From NCBI GenBank assembly GCA_964531845.1, contig CAZHFI010000001.1, forward strand, positions 14,454-78,453: a stretch of 64,000 nucleotides of DNA, in the 5' to 3' direction. How positions within the stretch are numbered: the first letter of the stretch is position 1; each line of letters begins with the position of its first letter. Source of the DNA: an uncultured Nitrososphaeraceae archaeon (GTDB taxonomy: Archaea > Thermoproteota > Nitrososphaeria > Nitrososphaerales > Nitrososphaeraceae). The notes beneath the pieces are model-generated. The model had not been told where the DNA came from and made no database searches. It saw nothing but the letters and a program-made list of their open reading frames with translations. Shown in pieces: positions 28,411 to 38,036 of the stretch. The translations under genes and the position numbers were made by a program.

Positions 28411-28779
28411 ATGAAAACAAACGATAGAAAAAAATTATCAATGGTTTTGATTGCAATAATAATAATAGGGTTGATAGCCCTTCCATTTGGTGATTTTAGA
28501 TTAATATCTATTGCGATTGGATTAGAAATATTTTTTATGGTATTATTGATTTTGATACTTAACAAAAAAAAATTTGCGATATATCTTTGTATTATAGCAA
28601 GTCTCATTGTAATCGCTGGAAATACATTAGCCCCTCCCCACATAAATATAATGATGACTTTTTCAAAACCTGTAAATGCAATTTTATTAATAATTGGAGG
28701 ATATGGATTACAAATTTTGTTGATATACTATTCAATTATGTCATTAAAACACAATAAAATAGAGATCGAAAACAATTAA
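28411..28779 (+). CDS. hypothetical 4-TM membrane protein
   Basis: Four clear hydrophobic helices. I prefer it to the antisense ORF 28353..28643. Confidence 0.45.
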   Translation: MKTNDRKKLSMVLIAIIIIGLIALPFGDFRLISIAIGLEIFFMVLLILILNKKKFAIYLCIIASLIVIAGNTLAPPHINIMMTFSKPVNAILLIIGGYGLQILLIYYSIMSLKHNKIEIENN

Positions 28780-28813
28780 GATAAAATATATCTAGATTTC
28801 ATAATATTTTTAA

Positions 28814-29038
28814 ATGAATAGAATAAAAAGGATCGCAAATGAGCTTTTAGAAAGTCATCCAAATAATTTTTCCGATAATTTCGAACAAAATAAGAAAATG
28901 ATGACAGATTTAGCCATAGTTAGATCAAAAAGTCTTAGAAATAGAGTTGCAGGATATATTGCATCTAAACTTAAACGAGATAACAAAGAGGAGAAGGAAG
29001 CATCATCAGTTTCCATTGAAACTGAAGAACAAGAATGA
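28814..29038 (+). CDS. rps17e: 30S ribosomal protein S17e
   Basis: IKRIANELLESHPNNFSDNFEQNKKMM..SKSLRNRVAGYI matches the S17e consensus (..F..DFe.NKk....SKklRNriAGY..). Confidence 0.85.
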   Translation: MNRIKRIANELLESHPNNFSDNFEQNKKMMTDLAIVRSKSLRNRVAGYIASKLKRDNKEEKEASSVSIETEEQE

Positions 29039-29289
29039 TCGAAATAAAATTATTAGGCGGCGCTAAAAAGGCATTAGGTCTTGATAAGATTTCCATAAAT
29101 GAAGAATCATTAACTCTTGAAGAAATTTTGAATTCTCTAAAAAAAAAATCAGAGAACTCTCATGTATTTAATAAAAATAACATGATAATTTCAATAAATG
29201 GGATAGATTCAAGTGTTTATGATGGAAGTAAAACTATGGTTAAATCTGGCGACTCCCTCACAGTAGTAACAATAGTACATGGTGGATAA
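29035..29289 (+). CDS. MoaD/ThiS-family ubiquitin-like beta-grasp protein ending in Gly-Gly (SAMP-like)
   Basis: 84 aa ending ...VVTIVHGG*. Its start is an ATGA overlap with the rps17e stop. Confidence 0.6.
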   Translation: MIEIKLLGGAKKALGLDKISINEESLTLEEILNSLKKKSENSHVFNKNNMIISINGIDSSVYDGSKTMVKSGDSLTVVTIVHGG

Positions 29290-29309
29290 TTAAACAAAAT
29301 AACCGATAT

Positions 29310-29822
29310 ATGAAAATATCAGATATTTTTTGTGTACAAAATTTTAATGTAGTTATATGTAATTTTTTTTATGATCAGACAAAAAACAAGAATCCAAAAG
29401 AATTGCTGGATATCCTCACAAAGAATTCAGATGAAGTATACATTCAGATAGTAAATGATTCGATGGCAATTAATGAAGAATATATAAAAGAAGTTCTCAA
29501 AATATCCATAGAATCCTATAAGAGAGGGATATTAGCAACAAAAAAAATAGAGACAGATCTCTTAATGAGGTTAACTCATTGTGACCAGATAGTTCAGGCT
29601 ATTGCGATTGGAGGAATAAAAGGTGATTCTGGAAATTATATTATTATTTTTTCAAAAAATAGAACAAAAGTAAAGGAATCTATAGAAAAAATAAGAAGGA
29701 TAATAACAAATTATGAAATTAAATCAAAAGTTAAGCATCGTGCACACCAAATAAAACCCAAAAGTAAGGATCTCCAACATCATATTGAAAAAGCCGCCCT
29801 AATACATGGAAATAACAAATAA
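29310..29822 (+). CDS. cgi121: KEOPS complex subunit Cgi121
   Basis: IQIVNDSMAINEEYI...TDLLMRLTHCDQIVQAIAIGGIKGDSGNYIIIF is collinear with the archaeal Cgi121 core (..EILvRasGqRQI.eAI...G.k.g...li). Confidence 0.6.
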   Translation: MKISDIFCVQNFNVVICNFFYDQTKNKNPKELLDILTKNSDEVYIQIVNDSMAINEEYIKEVLKISIESYKRGILATKKIETDLLMRLTHCDQIVQAIAIGGIKGDSGNYIIIFSKNRTKVKESIEKIRRIITNYEIKSKVKHRAHQIKPKSKDLQHHIEKAALIHGNNK

Positions 29823-29846
29823 TTCATCACATTCTTACTACAAAAA

Positions 29847-31193
29847 TTAACTGACAGACAAATTTAATATGATTCCATCATCTTCCCCGTTAATTTTATC
29901 TATTAAAATAGAAAACTGATTATCTTGGGAAAACGGAAATACAATATCCTTAGTCAAAGCTCCAAAATCGGTTAAAATATGCTCTTTGTATATCTCAGTA
30001 CCACTGTTTAGAATTGAAAAATCAAAATAGGTGTGTCTTAAAAGATCTCCAGATTTCGGATCTTGAATGTTAATAATAAATGTGGTTTGCTCTCCAGAAT
30101 AAATCTTTTCAGGATTCCAAGATATTTGAAATAAATACTTATTTTTCAATGAACCTATTTCGAGTGGAAATCTTATTTCTTTAGAAGTGGATAAAGAAAA
30201 TAATGCTTGATCAGAAACCATTCTTTGGTTTTGAGAAATAAATGATTGTCTTATAATTTGATCTAATTTATCCGAATTTACCACCATATGAATAATTCTA
30301 TAATAGTCTGACGAATAATCGTCGATTAAAATAGATTTTGTTGATAGGATATTACCATTAAGTGTACCTATATAGGCATTTGTTTTGGCAAATAATGTAG
30401 ATTTTGGAACAAAAAGTTCAAGGTGTAAAAATGGTATTTGATTTACAAATGTTTGATTCCAATTAAACGGCATATCAAAAGTGAATTTCTGTGTTTGGTT
30501 TTCTTCTGTATACTTAAAACTATTGATTTTATCATAATAAGATCTTACCTTAATATGTGTAAGGTTCGTGTCAAGTATTTTTTGATCAACATTTTGAATT
30601 TCAAATTTTTCATTTTGACCTAAAGTAATGAATAAATCTACAGATTTTTGAGGTATCTTGATACCTAAAACCTGAGAATGAGTGCTATCAATAATGGATT
30701 TTAGTTCCAAAGAAATTTGATAAAGTCCACCTATTGAAAAAATCTTGCTCTTTATTAGAACAGGATTATCCTTTCCCAATTCTTCTATACATGAATCATG
30801 TTCATCGATATGTTTTGATGAGTAAATTTCCGCAGTTTTGATTGTAAAATCAGGGAAAAACTTTGCGTAGATAATCCCATCCTTCGGGATAAAACAATGA
30901 TTTAAAACGATCTCATTTCCAGTTTTGATCACTACATTGTATTGTATACCATTAACGGTCTCATTATTCATTGAATTAAAAGTCCGTATAACCAGTGTTG
31001 GGGTAACCTTACTTCCGCTTATGTCATCAATAAAAGAAGGATATAGTTTACCTTCTATGGTAAAAGACCCATCTTTATCATCCATTATTAGGTGTTGATC
31101 ATTACCTAAACCATGACCATAAACATTAGAAGAAATAAAAATACAAAATAAATATACGAAACATACAAACCAGATATGATAAAAAATCCCCAT
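29847..31193 (-). CDS. hypothetical secreted protein, predicted mature N-terminus His-Gly
   Basis: The signal-like segment IWFVCFVYLFCIFISSNVYG is followed by HGLGNDQH. The rest looks like a beta-rich multi-domain protein. Confidence 0.5.
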   Translation of the reverse strand: MGIFYHIWFVCFVYLFCIFISSNVYGHGLGNDQHLIMDDKDGSFTIEGKLYPSFIDDISGSKVTPTLVIRTFNSMNNETVNGIQYNVVIKTGNEIVLNHCFIPKDGIIYAKFFPDFTIKTAEIYSSKHIDEHDSCIEELGKDNPVLIKSKIFSIGGLYQISLELKSIIDSTHSQVLGIKIPQKSVDLFITLGQNEKFEIQNVDQKILDTNLTHIKVRSYYDKINSFKYTEENQTQKFTFDMPFNWNQTFVNQIPFLHLELFVPKSTLFAKTNAYIGTLNGNILSTKSILIDDYSSDYYRIIHMVVNSDKLDQIIRQSFISQNQRMVSDQALFSLSTSKEIRFPLEIGSLKNKYLFQISWNPEKIYSGEQTTFIINIQDPKSGDLLRHTYFDFSILNSGTEIYKEHILTDFGALTKDIVFPFSQDNQFSILIDKINGEDDGIILNLSVS

Positions 31194-31493
31194 AAAAATA
31201 ATAAGTTGGAGTTATCTATTATTGTTTTTATTAATTAGACAATTTTTTTAACAGAAACATATTCATTCTATTTCTACTTAAATTTTAATATTTCTAACAA
31301 AACAAATATAATTAATTGCTGATTTTAAAAAATTTATTGCAATAAATATTTAATAGAACATTTATTTTTTAAAAATTTTGTTATCGCCTTTAAAGTAAAT
31401 GAACTTTTGATTAGAAAATCATAAAATGTATTTTCTACTCGATTTGATAATTAATTTAATATAAAACAGCCATAGATAATATTATGAAAGCAA

Positions 31494-32225
31494 TTGGATT
31501 GTACCAACATAAAGATAATCGGTATTTGTCAATTGATTTTTATTTTTACTATATTTATAATAATATTATTTTCTAGCTTTCCCTATACAAATCTTTATGC
31601 ACATAATGAAATTCAAATAGGAAATTACACTATTTCTGCAGGATGGAAAACAGAACCTCCATTATTGAATATATTAAATAATATAATAATAGAAGTTACA
31701 AAAAATGATGATACATCCGTCAGAAATGCATTATTAAATACCATTATAGATATTAAATTTGGAGGACTAACAAAAGAATTAAGTTTTATTTCATCAGAGG
31801 AATCTTCAAGTATTTATGAATCGCCCATAATACCAAAAAGCTTGGGAAGCTATTCTATTGAAATAAATGGTTTGATAGAGAATCAAAAAACAGTGGGTAT
31901 AATTCAATTAGAAGATGTAGAAGATCCCATAAAAATTTCATTTCCTAATATAGATAACAGGAATACTTTAGTTGAGGAAAATAAAGAGACTAATTTGATA
32001 GGAAACGAAATAAAAACCGTTGTAAAGAAATTATCATCAGACGTGGAAAAAATCAAGAATGATGTCAATAATACTAAAAATACTCTTAAAGAATCAATTA
32101 AGGCTACCACAAAACTTTTAAATGAAGTTGACAAGGCTTACCTTTTAGGATTTATTGGACTATCATTAGGAATTGTTTCCGTTACTTTATTAATTTCAAA
32201 AAGAATAAGAGAAGTCAGAGAATAA
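31494..32225 (+). CDS. hypothetical secreted protein with C-terminal TM anchor, predicted mature N-terminus His
   Basis: TTG start. The signal-like segment ends ...PYTNLYA, followed by HNEIQIGNYTISAGWKTEPP. The C-terminal helix is LLGFIGLSLGIVSVTLLI. Confidence 0.5.
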   Translation: MDCTNIKIIGICQLIFIFTIFIIILFSSFPYTNLYAHNEIQIGNYTISAGWKTEPPLLNILNNIIIEVTKNDDTSVRNALLNTIIDIKFGGLTKELSFISSEESSSIYESPIIPKSLGSYSIEINGLIENQKTVGIIQLEDVEDPIKISFPNIDNRNTLVEENKETNLIGNEIKTVVKKLSSDVEKIKNDVNNTKNTLKESIKATTKLLNEVDKAYLLGFIGLSLGIVSVTLLISKRIREVRE

Positions 32226-32314
32226 GGCACCTACAGGAATTATTACCAGACGTATTCTGAAATCCATATATAAAAACGAATAAAATACGATGGGTATAAA
32301 AGATTAGGCGAATC

Positions 32315-33610
32315 TTGTTCTTTTCTAAAATATTTAATGGGTTGAACAATGTTGATGAACCTACTAAAGGTAATTTAGATGGAAAAAATTTTTTTGCACT
32401 TTGGTCTAGTTTAGGAGTGGGATTATTAGTTTTATCAACAGGTTCCTTCCTCATGGATTTTGGTTATTCCAATTCTATTCTTGCTATAATCATTGGATCG
32501 ATAATAGGTTCCTTTTTACTTGCTCTAGGCGGAAAGATAGGAAGTGACAATAAAATACCATCGATAATAAGTTCATTTCCAACCTTTGGTAAAATTGGTT
32601 CAATTATCCCCGCGGTCTTTAATATTATTCAGTTAATTGGATGGACTACTTTTGAAATTCTTATAATGTCAAAAGTTGTTGAAATAATAACACATAACTT
32701 TATTCCAAATTACCTAAATTCGATTTTAATAGGATTTATAATTCTAATATTCGGAATCATTGGTCCGATAAAAGTAATTAAAAGATTTATTGGACAGTTT
32801 ACAATTTGGATTGTTTATGCAACGTCGATTATATTGTTAATACATGTATTATCTTCGAATATCCAAATTTTTGATATTTCCAAAATAGATATGAATTTTT
32901 TTGGAGCGTTAGACCTGGTAATTGTAATGCCTGTCTCTTGGTTACCATTAGTTGCAGATTATAACCGTTTTGCCAAAAATAGTAAAACTGCATTTTTTGG
33001 AACGTTTTTTGGATTTACAATAACAAATACCATCCTTTTTGCTATTGGACTGTTATTTGGGATTTCAGATATAACTGGATTAATTTTGTCTATTCAAGCT
33101 ATATTTTTTGGATTTATACTATTGATACTATTATTAGATGATATAGATAATGCCTTTGCTGATGCATATTCTGCATCAATTTCGGCTATGAGCATATTCC
33201 CAAAAGTAAAAGAAAAATATTTGATAATTGGAATAATCATCACAAGTACTCTTTTATCCATAACAATTCCAATTGATCAATATGAAGTTTTTCTGATATT
33301 AATCGGTGCAATTTTTATTCCGTTGTTTGCAGTCATAATCGCTGATTATTACTTTATTGATAGGAAAAAATATAATTTTGAAAATATAAAGAATTCAGAA
33401 TTAAAAATAGGTTATTCTGCCATATTTTCATGGATATTAGGTTTAATACTCTATTTTTTGTTCTCATCAATATCACCAATATATATACAAATTGATTATT
33501 CTATTGGTTCAGTGATACCTAGTTTTACAATCGCATTTGGTACATATTTAGCGATTAATATTATTAAAAATAAAAAAGGAAAAACCAAGTCATTCATTTA
33601 TAAAGCTTAA
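32315..33610 (+). CDS. NCS1 / purine-cytosine (CytX/CodB-like) permease family transporter
   Basis: About 12 TM helices. FFALWSSLGVGLL lies near the N-terminus and a VADYNRFAK motif sits mid-protein. The start codon is uncertain (TTG in the track). Confidence 0.6.
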   Translation: MFFSKIFNGLNNVDEPTKGNLDGKNFFALWSSLGVGLLVLSTGSFLMDFGYSNSILAIIIGSIIGSFLLALGGKIGSDNKIPSIISSFPTFGKIGSIIPAVFNIIQLIGWTTFEILIMSKVVEIITHNFIPNYLNSILIGFIILIFGIIGPIKVIKRFIGQFTIWIVYATSIILLIHVLSSNIQIFDISKIDMNFFGALDLVIVMPVSWLPLVADYNRFAKNSKTAFFGTFFGFTITNTILFAIGLLFGISDITGLILSIQAIFFGFILLILLLDDIDNAFADAYSASISAMSIFPKVKEKYLIIGIIITSTLLSITIPIDQYEVFLILIGAIFIPLFAVIIADYYFIDRKKYNFENIKNSELKIGYSAIFSWILGLILYFLFSSISPIYIQIDYSIGSVIPSFTIAFGTYLAINIIKNKKGKTKSFIYKA

Positions 33611-34516
33611 TTATGAATCATAGTTAGTTTCGTCGATGATTTTCATAGCATCATATAATTTTTTATAACTAATGGCAGGATTACTATTTTTTTCAAAAAA
33701 CAATTGTATTTTTCCAAAATGGTCTATGAATTCATTCTTGTTATCACTCGAGATTAACATAAAAATTTTATTAGCTTCTTCTAAAAATAGTTTAATTTCA
33801 TCTAACAAAAGAGGATTTGAAAACAATAATGAGACCATTAATTGTGAATTATCAGTAAAGATACTTTCAGAAATAATTGACTGCATTTTAAACGTAGTTC
33901 CACCATAATTTTTAAATTCCTGATAATCAAAATTGGAAAGAAACTTAGCGAATACTATATTCATGTAGTGAGTAAGTCCCAATACAACAGAGATTATTTT
34001 GTCATGAGTGTATGGAGAATCTATTTGAATGATATTGGCATCTTGAAAAATCATTTTGGTCAGGGATAATTCGTATTTTTTGTTTCTTACAGGTATCATT
34101 ATTATTTTCATTTTGTTAATATTTTTTGCACCAGGACCAAACATGGGATGGATACATAAAGGAACAAGATCCTGTCTAATGTTGCCTAAAGAATTAAATG
34201 TTTGCTGTTTTATCGAAGAGATTTCGGAAATTATTGCTCCAGGTTTTGCATTTTTGGAACATTCCGATATAATTTCAGAAACATATGGTATAGGGACACA
34301 AATAAAAATAAGATCGGCATTTTTTATACACGCATATATATCGTCAGTGATAAATATTTTTTTTTTATTTTTTTCCTTGTACTGATTAAAGATTAATTTC
34401 TTATCGAATAAATTAATTCTATTAAAATTGGAATTTAGAAAAAAAGTAGTAAACCAAGTTCCCATTTTACCTCCCCCACCAATAATAGCTACCTCATTAA
34501 TAGTCACTTTTTCCAT
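33611..34516 (-). CDS. tyrA: prephenate dehydrogenase
   Basis: VAIIGGGGKMG Rossmann motif and the HPMFGPG catalytic region. It lies in the aromatic amino-acid cluster. Confidence 0.8.
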   Translation of the reverse strand: MEKVTINEVAIIGGGGKMGTWFTTFFLNSNFNRINLFDKKLIFNQYKEKNKKKIFITDDIYACIKNADLIFICVPIPYVSEIISECSKNAKPGAIISEISSIKQQTFNSLGNIRQDLVPLCIHPMFGPGAKNINKMKIIMIPVRNKKYELSLTKMIFQDANIIQIDSPYTHDKIISVVLGLTHYMNIVFAKFLSNFDYQEFKNYGGTTFKMQSIISESIFTDNSQLMVSLLFSNPLLLDEIKLFLEEANKIFMLISSDNKNEFIDHFGKIQLFFEKNSNPAISYKKLYDAMKIIDETNYDS

Positions 34517-34525
34517 AATAAATCA

Positions 34526-35917
34526 TCATGTTATAATTTTCTCTAATACATTCATTCCTTTTTCCAATAAATCTAAAGGTTGGCACGCAGATATTCTTAC
34601 AAACTCATTATATGACTTACCAAAACCACTTCCAGGCGAAATTGCGACACCATTGTCTAACATAGTATTAACAAGATGCATATCATTTGAAAACTTATCA
34701 TTTAATTTTGGATACACATACATAGATCCATCGGGTTTAAAAAATTTTAGACCCATCTCAATCAATCTGTCCACTAAAAAATCAAGACGTTCTTTTATCA
34801 AATTGATGTTTAATTTTGTTCCATTTTCAAGAGCTGCTAGTGCACAATATTGCATTGGTTCAGCGACAGAGGTGATGGCAACAGCTTGAATTTTTTTTAT
34901 TTTAGAAATAATTTGATTGGTAGAAATACAGTAACCTACTCGAAAACCTGTCATTGCGTATTTTTTTGAAAAAGATGATATGATTATTCCTTTCTCATAT
35001 TCGTATTCTAACAGACTAGTGAATTTTTTGAATGAATAATCAGAATACACTTCGTCGCTCAGAACATATAGATTATGTTTTTTAGCTATGTGAAGGATAT
35101 CATCAAATACTCCTTTATCTATGATCTTTCCAGTGGGATTGTTTGGATAATTTAGTACGATCATTTTCGTATTTACGTTGATCATTTTTTCCAACATTGA
35201 AATATTAGGATTCCAATTATCATCCAATTTAGTATTTAAAACTCGAGTTTTTATTCCAAGAAAATCGGCGCATTCCTTATATGCAGGCCATGCCGGTTCT
35301 ATGTAAATTAATTCATCACCTGATTGTAGTAATGAAACAATTGTAGCAAATACACCAAACCTTCCTCCAGGGGTAATAATGATATCTTCCGAAGATATGT
35401 TTTGATATAGGTTTTTAGCTATCGATTGGCGTAGTTGTGGAATCCCTAAAATTTCTGTGTAATGATATCTTTTAGTATCATAAATAGTTGACAATACATT
35501 TTTTATATTGGTTGGCGGAGGATAATCTGGCTCGCCTACCTCCATATGTATTATTTTTTTACCTTGTCTCTCTAGTTCTTTGGCTTTCATAAATATAGCC
35601 ATATGAGTTGGAATATCGTTATTCGCAGATTTTACAAAATTTTTCTGTATTTTTACTGATTCTTGTAAAATCAAATTTATCATTTTTCCGGTAAATTCAT
35701 TGTCTAGACCTATTTCTTTAGAAAGAGTAGAAACTTGATTTTTTATCTCTTGTTCTACATTTTCATCTTCAATGTCTATATCTAACGTGTTTTTAATATT
35801 TCCTATTTGTTTTGACATTTCCATTCTTTTTTGGATTTGTCTGATAATATCAAAAGTTATATCGCGTATCTCTGTCCTTAAAAGATCAAGTTGATTCGTA
35901 TCCATTTTATTTATCAC
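34526..35917 (-). CDS. fusion protein: AroQ-type chorismate mutase (N-terminal ~95 aa) + class I/II PLP aminotransferase
   Basis: The N-terminus LDLLRTEIRDITFDIIRQIQKRMEMSKQIGNIK fits the AroQ helix pattern. The C-terminal body has the SFSKKYAMTGFRVGY PLP-lysine motif and an NPTG motif. Confidence 0.8.
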   Translation of the reverse strand: MINKMDTNQLDLLRTEIRDITFDIIRQIQKRMEMSKQIGNIKNTLDIDIEDENVEQEIKNQVSTLSKEIGLDNEFTGKMINLILQESVKIQKNFVKSANNDIPTHMAIFMKAKELERQGKKIIHMEVGEPDYPPPTNIKNVLSTIYDTKRYHYTEILGIPQLRQSIAKNLYQNISSEDIIITPGGRFGVFATIVSLLQSGDELIYIEPAWPAYKECADFLGIKTRVLNTKLDDNWNPNISMLEKMINVNTKMIVLNYPNNPTGKIIDKGVFDDILHIAKKHNLYVLSDEVYSDYSFKKFTSLLEYEYEKGIIISSFSKKYAMTGFRVGYCISTNQIISKIKKIQAVAITSVAEPMQYCALAALENGTKLNINLIKERLDFLVDRLIEMGLKFFKPDGSMYVYPKLNDKFSNDMHLVNTMLDNGVAISPGSGFGKSYNEFVRISACQPLDLLEKGMNVLEKIIT

Positions 35918-37028
35918 ATGATTTTTCCTTATTTAAAACGGGTAATATTATTCCATTTCTTATTGCATGATCCGCTAGAATGATTGAAATTACAGATTCT
36001 ATAACTGGTGGGGCTCTTGGAACAACACATGGGTCGTGTCTTCCAGAAACTATTAAGTCGGTTTCTTCATCTGTGGATAAATCCAAAGTATGTTGTCTTT
36101 TCGCAATAGATGCTGCTGGTTTAAATCCAGTACGAACAACTATAGGCATACCATTTGAAATTCCACCCAATATTCCTCCAGAATTATTAGTTTTTGTTAT
36201 AATTTTTCCAGAAGATGATCTGATAAATATGTCATTATTTTCAGAACCAGTTTTTCTTGTTCCATCAAAACCTGAACCGAATTCCACTGCTTTTACTGCG
36301 GGAATGCTAAATAGCGCCCGACTTATATCGGATTCCAAGGAGGAGAAAATAGGTTCACCTAGTCCCACTGGAATATTAATACTTACAGATTCAACTATTC
36401 CGCCAAGTGAATCTCCATTCCGCTTCGCATTTAAGATAGCCTCTCTCATTTCCTGAGATTTTATTTTATCTGGACATCGCACATCATTATTATAAATATT
36501 GTCCTTCGCATCATCAAAAGAAATATCTCCTGACTTGATTCCTCCAATTTCAATAGTGTATGCAATTGTTTCAATACCTAATTCTTGTTTTAGTAGTTTC
36601 TTTGCAATTGCTCCAGCCATTACAAAGGTAGCGGTTAATCTTCCAGAGAATCTACCGCTTCCTCTGTAGTCGGCAAACCCCCCATACTTCATAATAGAAG
36701 TAAAATCCGAATGTCCGGGACGGGGAATTGATTTAATTGATTCATAAGACCTTGAATCTTGGTCCTTATTCCATATTATCATACAAATCGGAGCTCCAGT
36801 AGTATATTGATTAAAAATTCCGGAAACTATTTCCACTTTATCATCTTCTTTTCTTTGTGTAGTTATAGTTGATTGACCAGGTTTTCTTAAATTTAGAAAT
36901 GGTTGAATATCAGATTCGTCAAGATTCAATCCTGCTGGACATCCGTCGATTAAAGCTCCGATACATTTTCCATGACTTTCTCCGAAAGTTGAAACCACGA
37001 AGCGTTCGCCAATAATATTACCAGTCAT
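35907..37028 (-). CDS. aroC: chorismate synthase
   Basis: FGESHG, GRHDPCVVPRA and GRSSARETA-like regions. Overlaps the downstream gene by 11 nt. Confidence 0.95.
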   Translation of the reverse strand: MTGNIIGERFVVSTFGESHGKCIGALIDGCPAGLNLDESDIQPFLNLRKPGQSTITTQRKEDDKVEIVSGIFNQYTTGAPICMIIWNKDQDSRSYESIKSIPRPGHSDFTSIMKYGGFADYRGSGRFSGRLTATFVMAGAIAKKLLKQELGIETIAYTIEIGGIKSGDISFDDAKDNIYNNDVRCPDKIKSQEMREAILNAKRNGDSLGGIVESVSINIPVGLGEPIFSSLESDISRALFSIPAVKAVEFGSGFDGTRKTGSENNDIFIRSSSGKIITKTNNSGGILGGISNGMPIVVRTGFKPAASIAKRQHTLDLSTDEETDLIVSGRHDPCVVPRAPPVIESVISIILADHAIRNGIILPVLNKEKSCDK

Positions 37029-37559
37029 ATGCTAAAATGATGATAATAGAAAATTCGGGTATATGGACTTTTGGTATCCAATAAAATAAATTCATTTGAA
37101 TTGATTTTATTAAATGATAAATATGTTTTTGATTTGAAATGAAGAGATTGCTAGGTAGATTAATGAGATAATGAAAATTTGAAAAAATGTTGAAATGTTA
37201 AAATAATTGTGTGTCCTAATATCAGTATAGATTGATAAAACACTAAATGTTTTATAGTGTGTATCTTTAATCAAAAAAATCTTATTTTGAATAAGTTAAA
37301 TTCAATTATCCAAGTTCATAAATGTATTTATCAATATAAGTACTCTATAAATTCCAATATGGTTAACATCAATTATTACAAGGTTTTCAATTTGAATTTA
37401 TTCACTATAATGTTGTATAATAAGTATTTTTCATTTTTTAGTAAATCAATAATTTTTTGATAAAAAGAATTGCTATTTTAAGAATAAAAATTAACTTTTT
37501 GATTTTAGCGATTAATCTTAACATAAGGTATCGTTAGTGATTAGTTTTATTATTCTTAT

Positions 37560-37594
37560 TTATAGGACAAAATTTATTAAATTTTGTCCTATAA
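37560..37594. repeat. perfect palindrome: 16-bp arms, 3-nt centre
   Basis: TTATAGGACAAAATTT-ATT-AAATTTTGTCCTATAA, verified base by base. It lies in the 1.6-kb gap between aroC and aroA. Confidence 0.9.
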
Positions 37595-37742
37595 TTAGTA
37601 TAATAGATCTGTGAATATTGTAGTTCTAATAAATAGACTATGGTAACTTCATAATGATTGAACCTTCTAATTCTAGCTTGAATTTATTATTTTGAATATA
37701 ATTAAAAATTAAATCAGAGAATGATCCGGTTGTTAACGTGTA

Positions 37743-38036
37743 CTAAATTACAATTGTTTTTATGCATGGATAATAATCATAGAAATTTTCAATCCTGTCC
37801 TTAAAATATTGGTTCAAACTTTCACTGATGCTTATTTCATGTAACGATGTAATTAATGCCTCAATCCAAGTAAATAGCATATTTCTCGACAGGTGTTCCT
37901 CCATCAGAGTGACTGTATGATGCTCAAATCTACTAATCGAAGATTCTATAAATTTTCCTGCAACTAGCAGACTTCGATCAGACCTAGGCTCAAAGATTCC
38001 ATGATAGAATGGGGTACTAGTTCTGTAGCAATCCAA
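37743..38036 (-). CDS. orphan ORF (possible gene fragment) inside the aro operon gap
   Basis: 97 codons with a TTG start only. An in-frame stop lies 2 codons upstream and there is no ATG until residue 45. It looks richer in G+C than the surrounding spacer. No motif recognised. Confidence 0.25.
   Translation of the reverse strand: MDCYRTSTPFYHGIFEPRSDRSLLVAGKFIESSISRFEHHTVTLMEEHLSRNMLFTWIEALITSLHEISISESLNQYFKDRIENFYDYYPCIKTIVI

Noticed and set aside
28353-28643. 96-aa minus-strand ORF overlapping the 122-aa membrane protein ORF
   Set aside because: The plus-strand frame gives four clean TM helices. The minus frame has no comparable structure, so I kept only the plus ORF.
31332-31347. 16-bp perfect palindrome ATTTATTGCAATAAAT in the divergent promoter region between the two His-start secreted proteins
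   Set aside because: With about 30% GC, an 8-bp-arm AT-rich palindrome is expected a few times by chance in 64 kb (rough estimate). It is therefore not significant on its own.
32226-32314. Possible TPP (THI-box) riboswitch upstream of the CytX/NCS1-like permease. ACCTACAGGAATTATTACCAGACGTA vaguely resembles ACCUGAUCUGGAUAAUGCCAGCGUA.
   Set aside because: The CUGAGA element and the P2/P3 stems are not present in the correct order. The only CUGAAA lies 3' of the pyrimidine-sensor-like stretch. The 5' half would have to lie inside the preceding coding region. This needs a covariance-model scan to settle, but by eye it fails.
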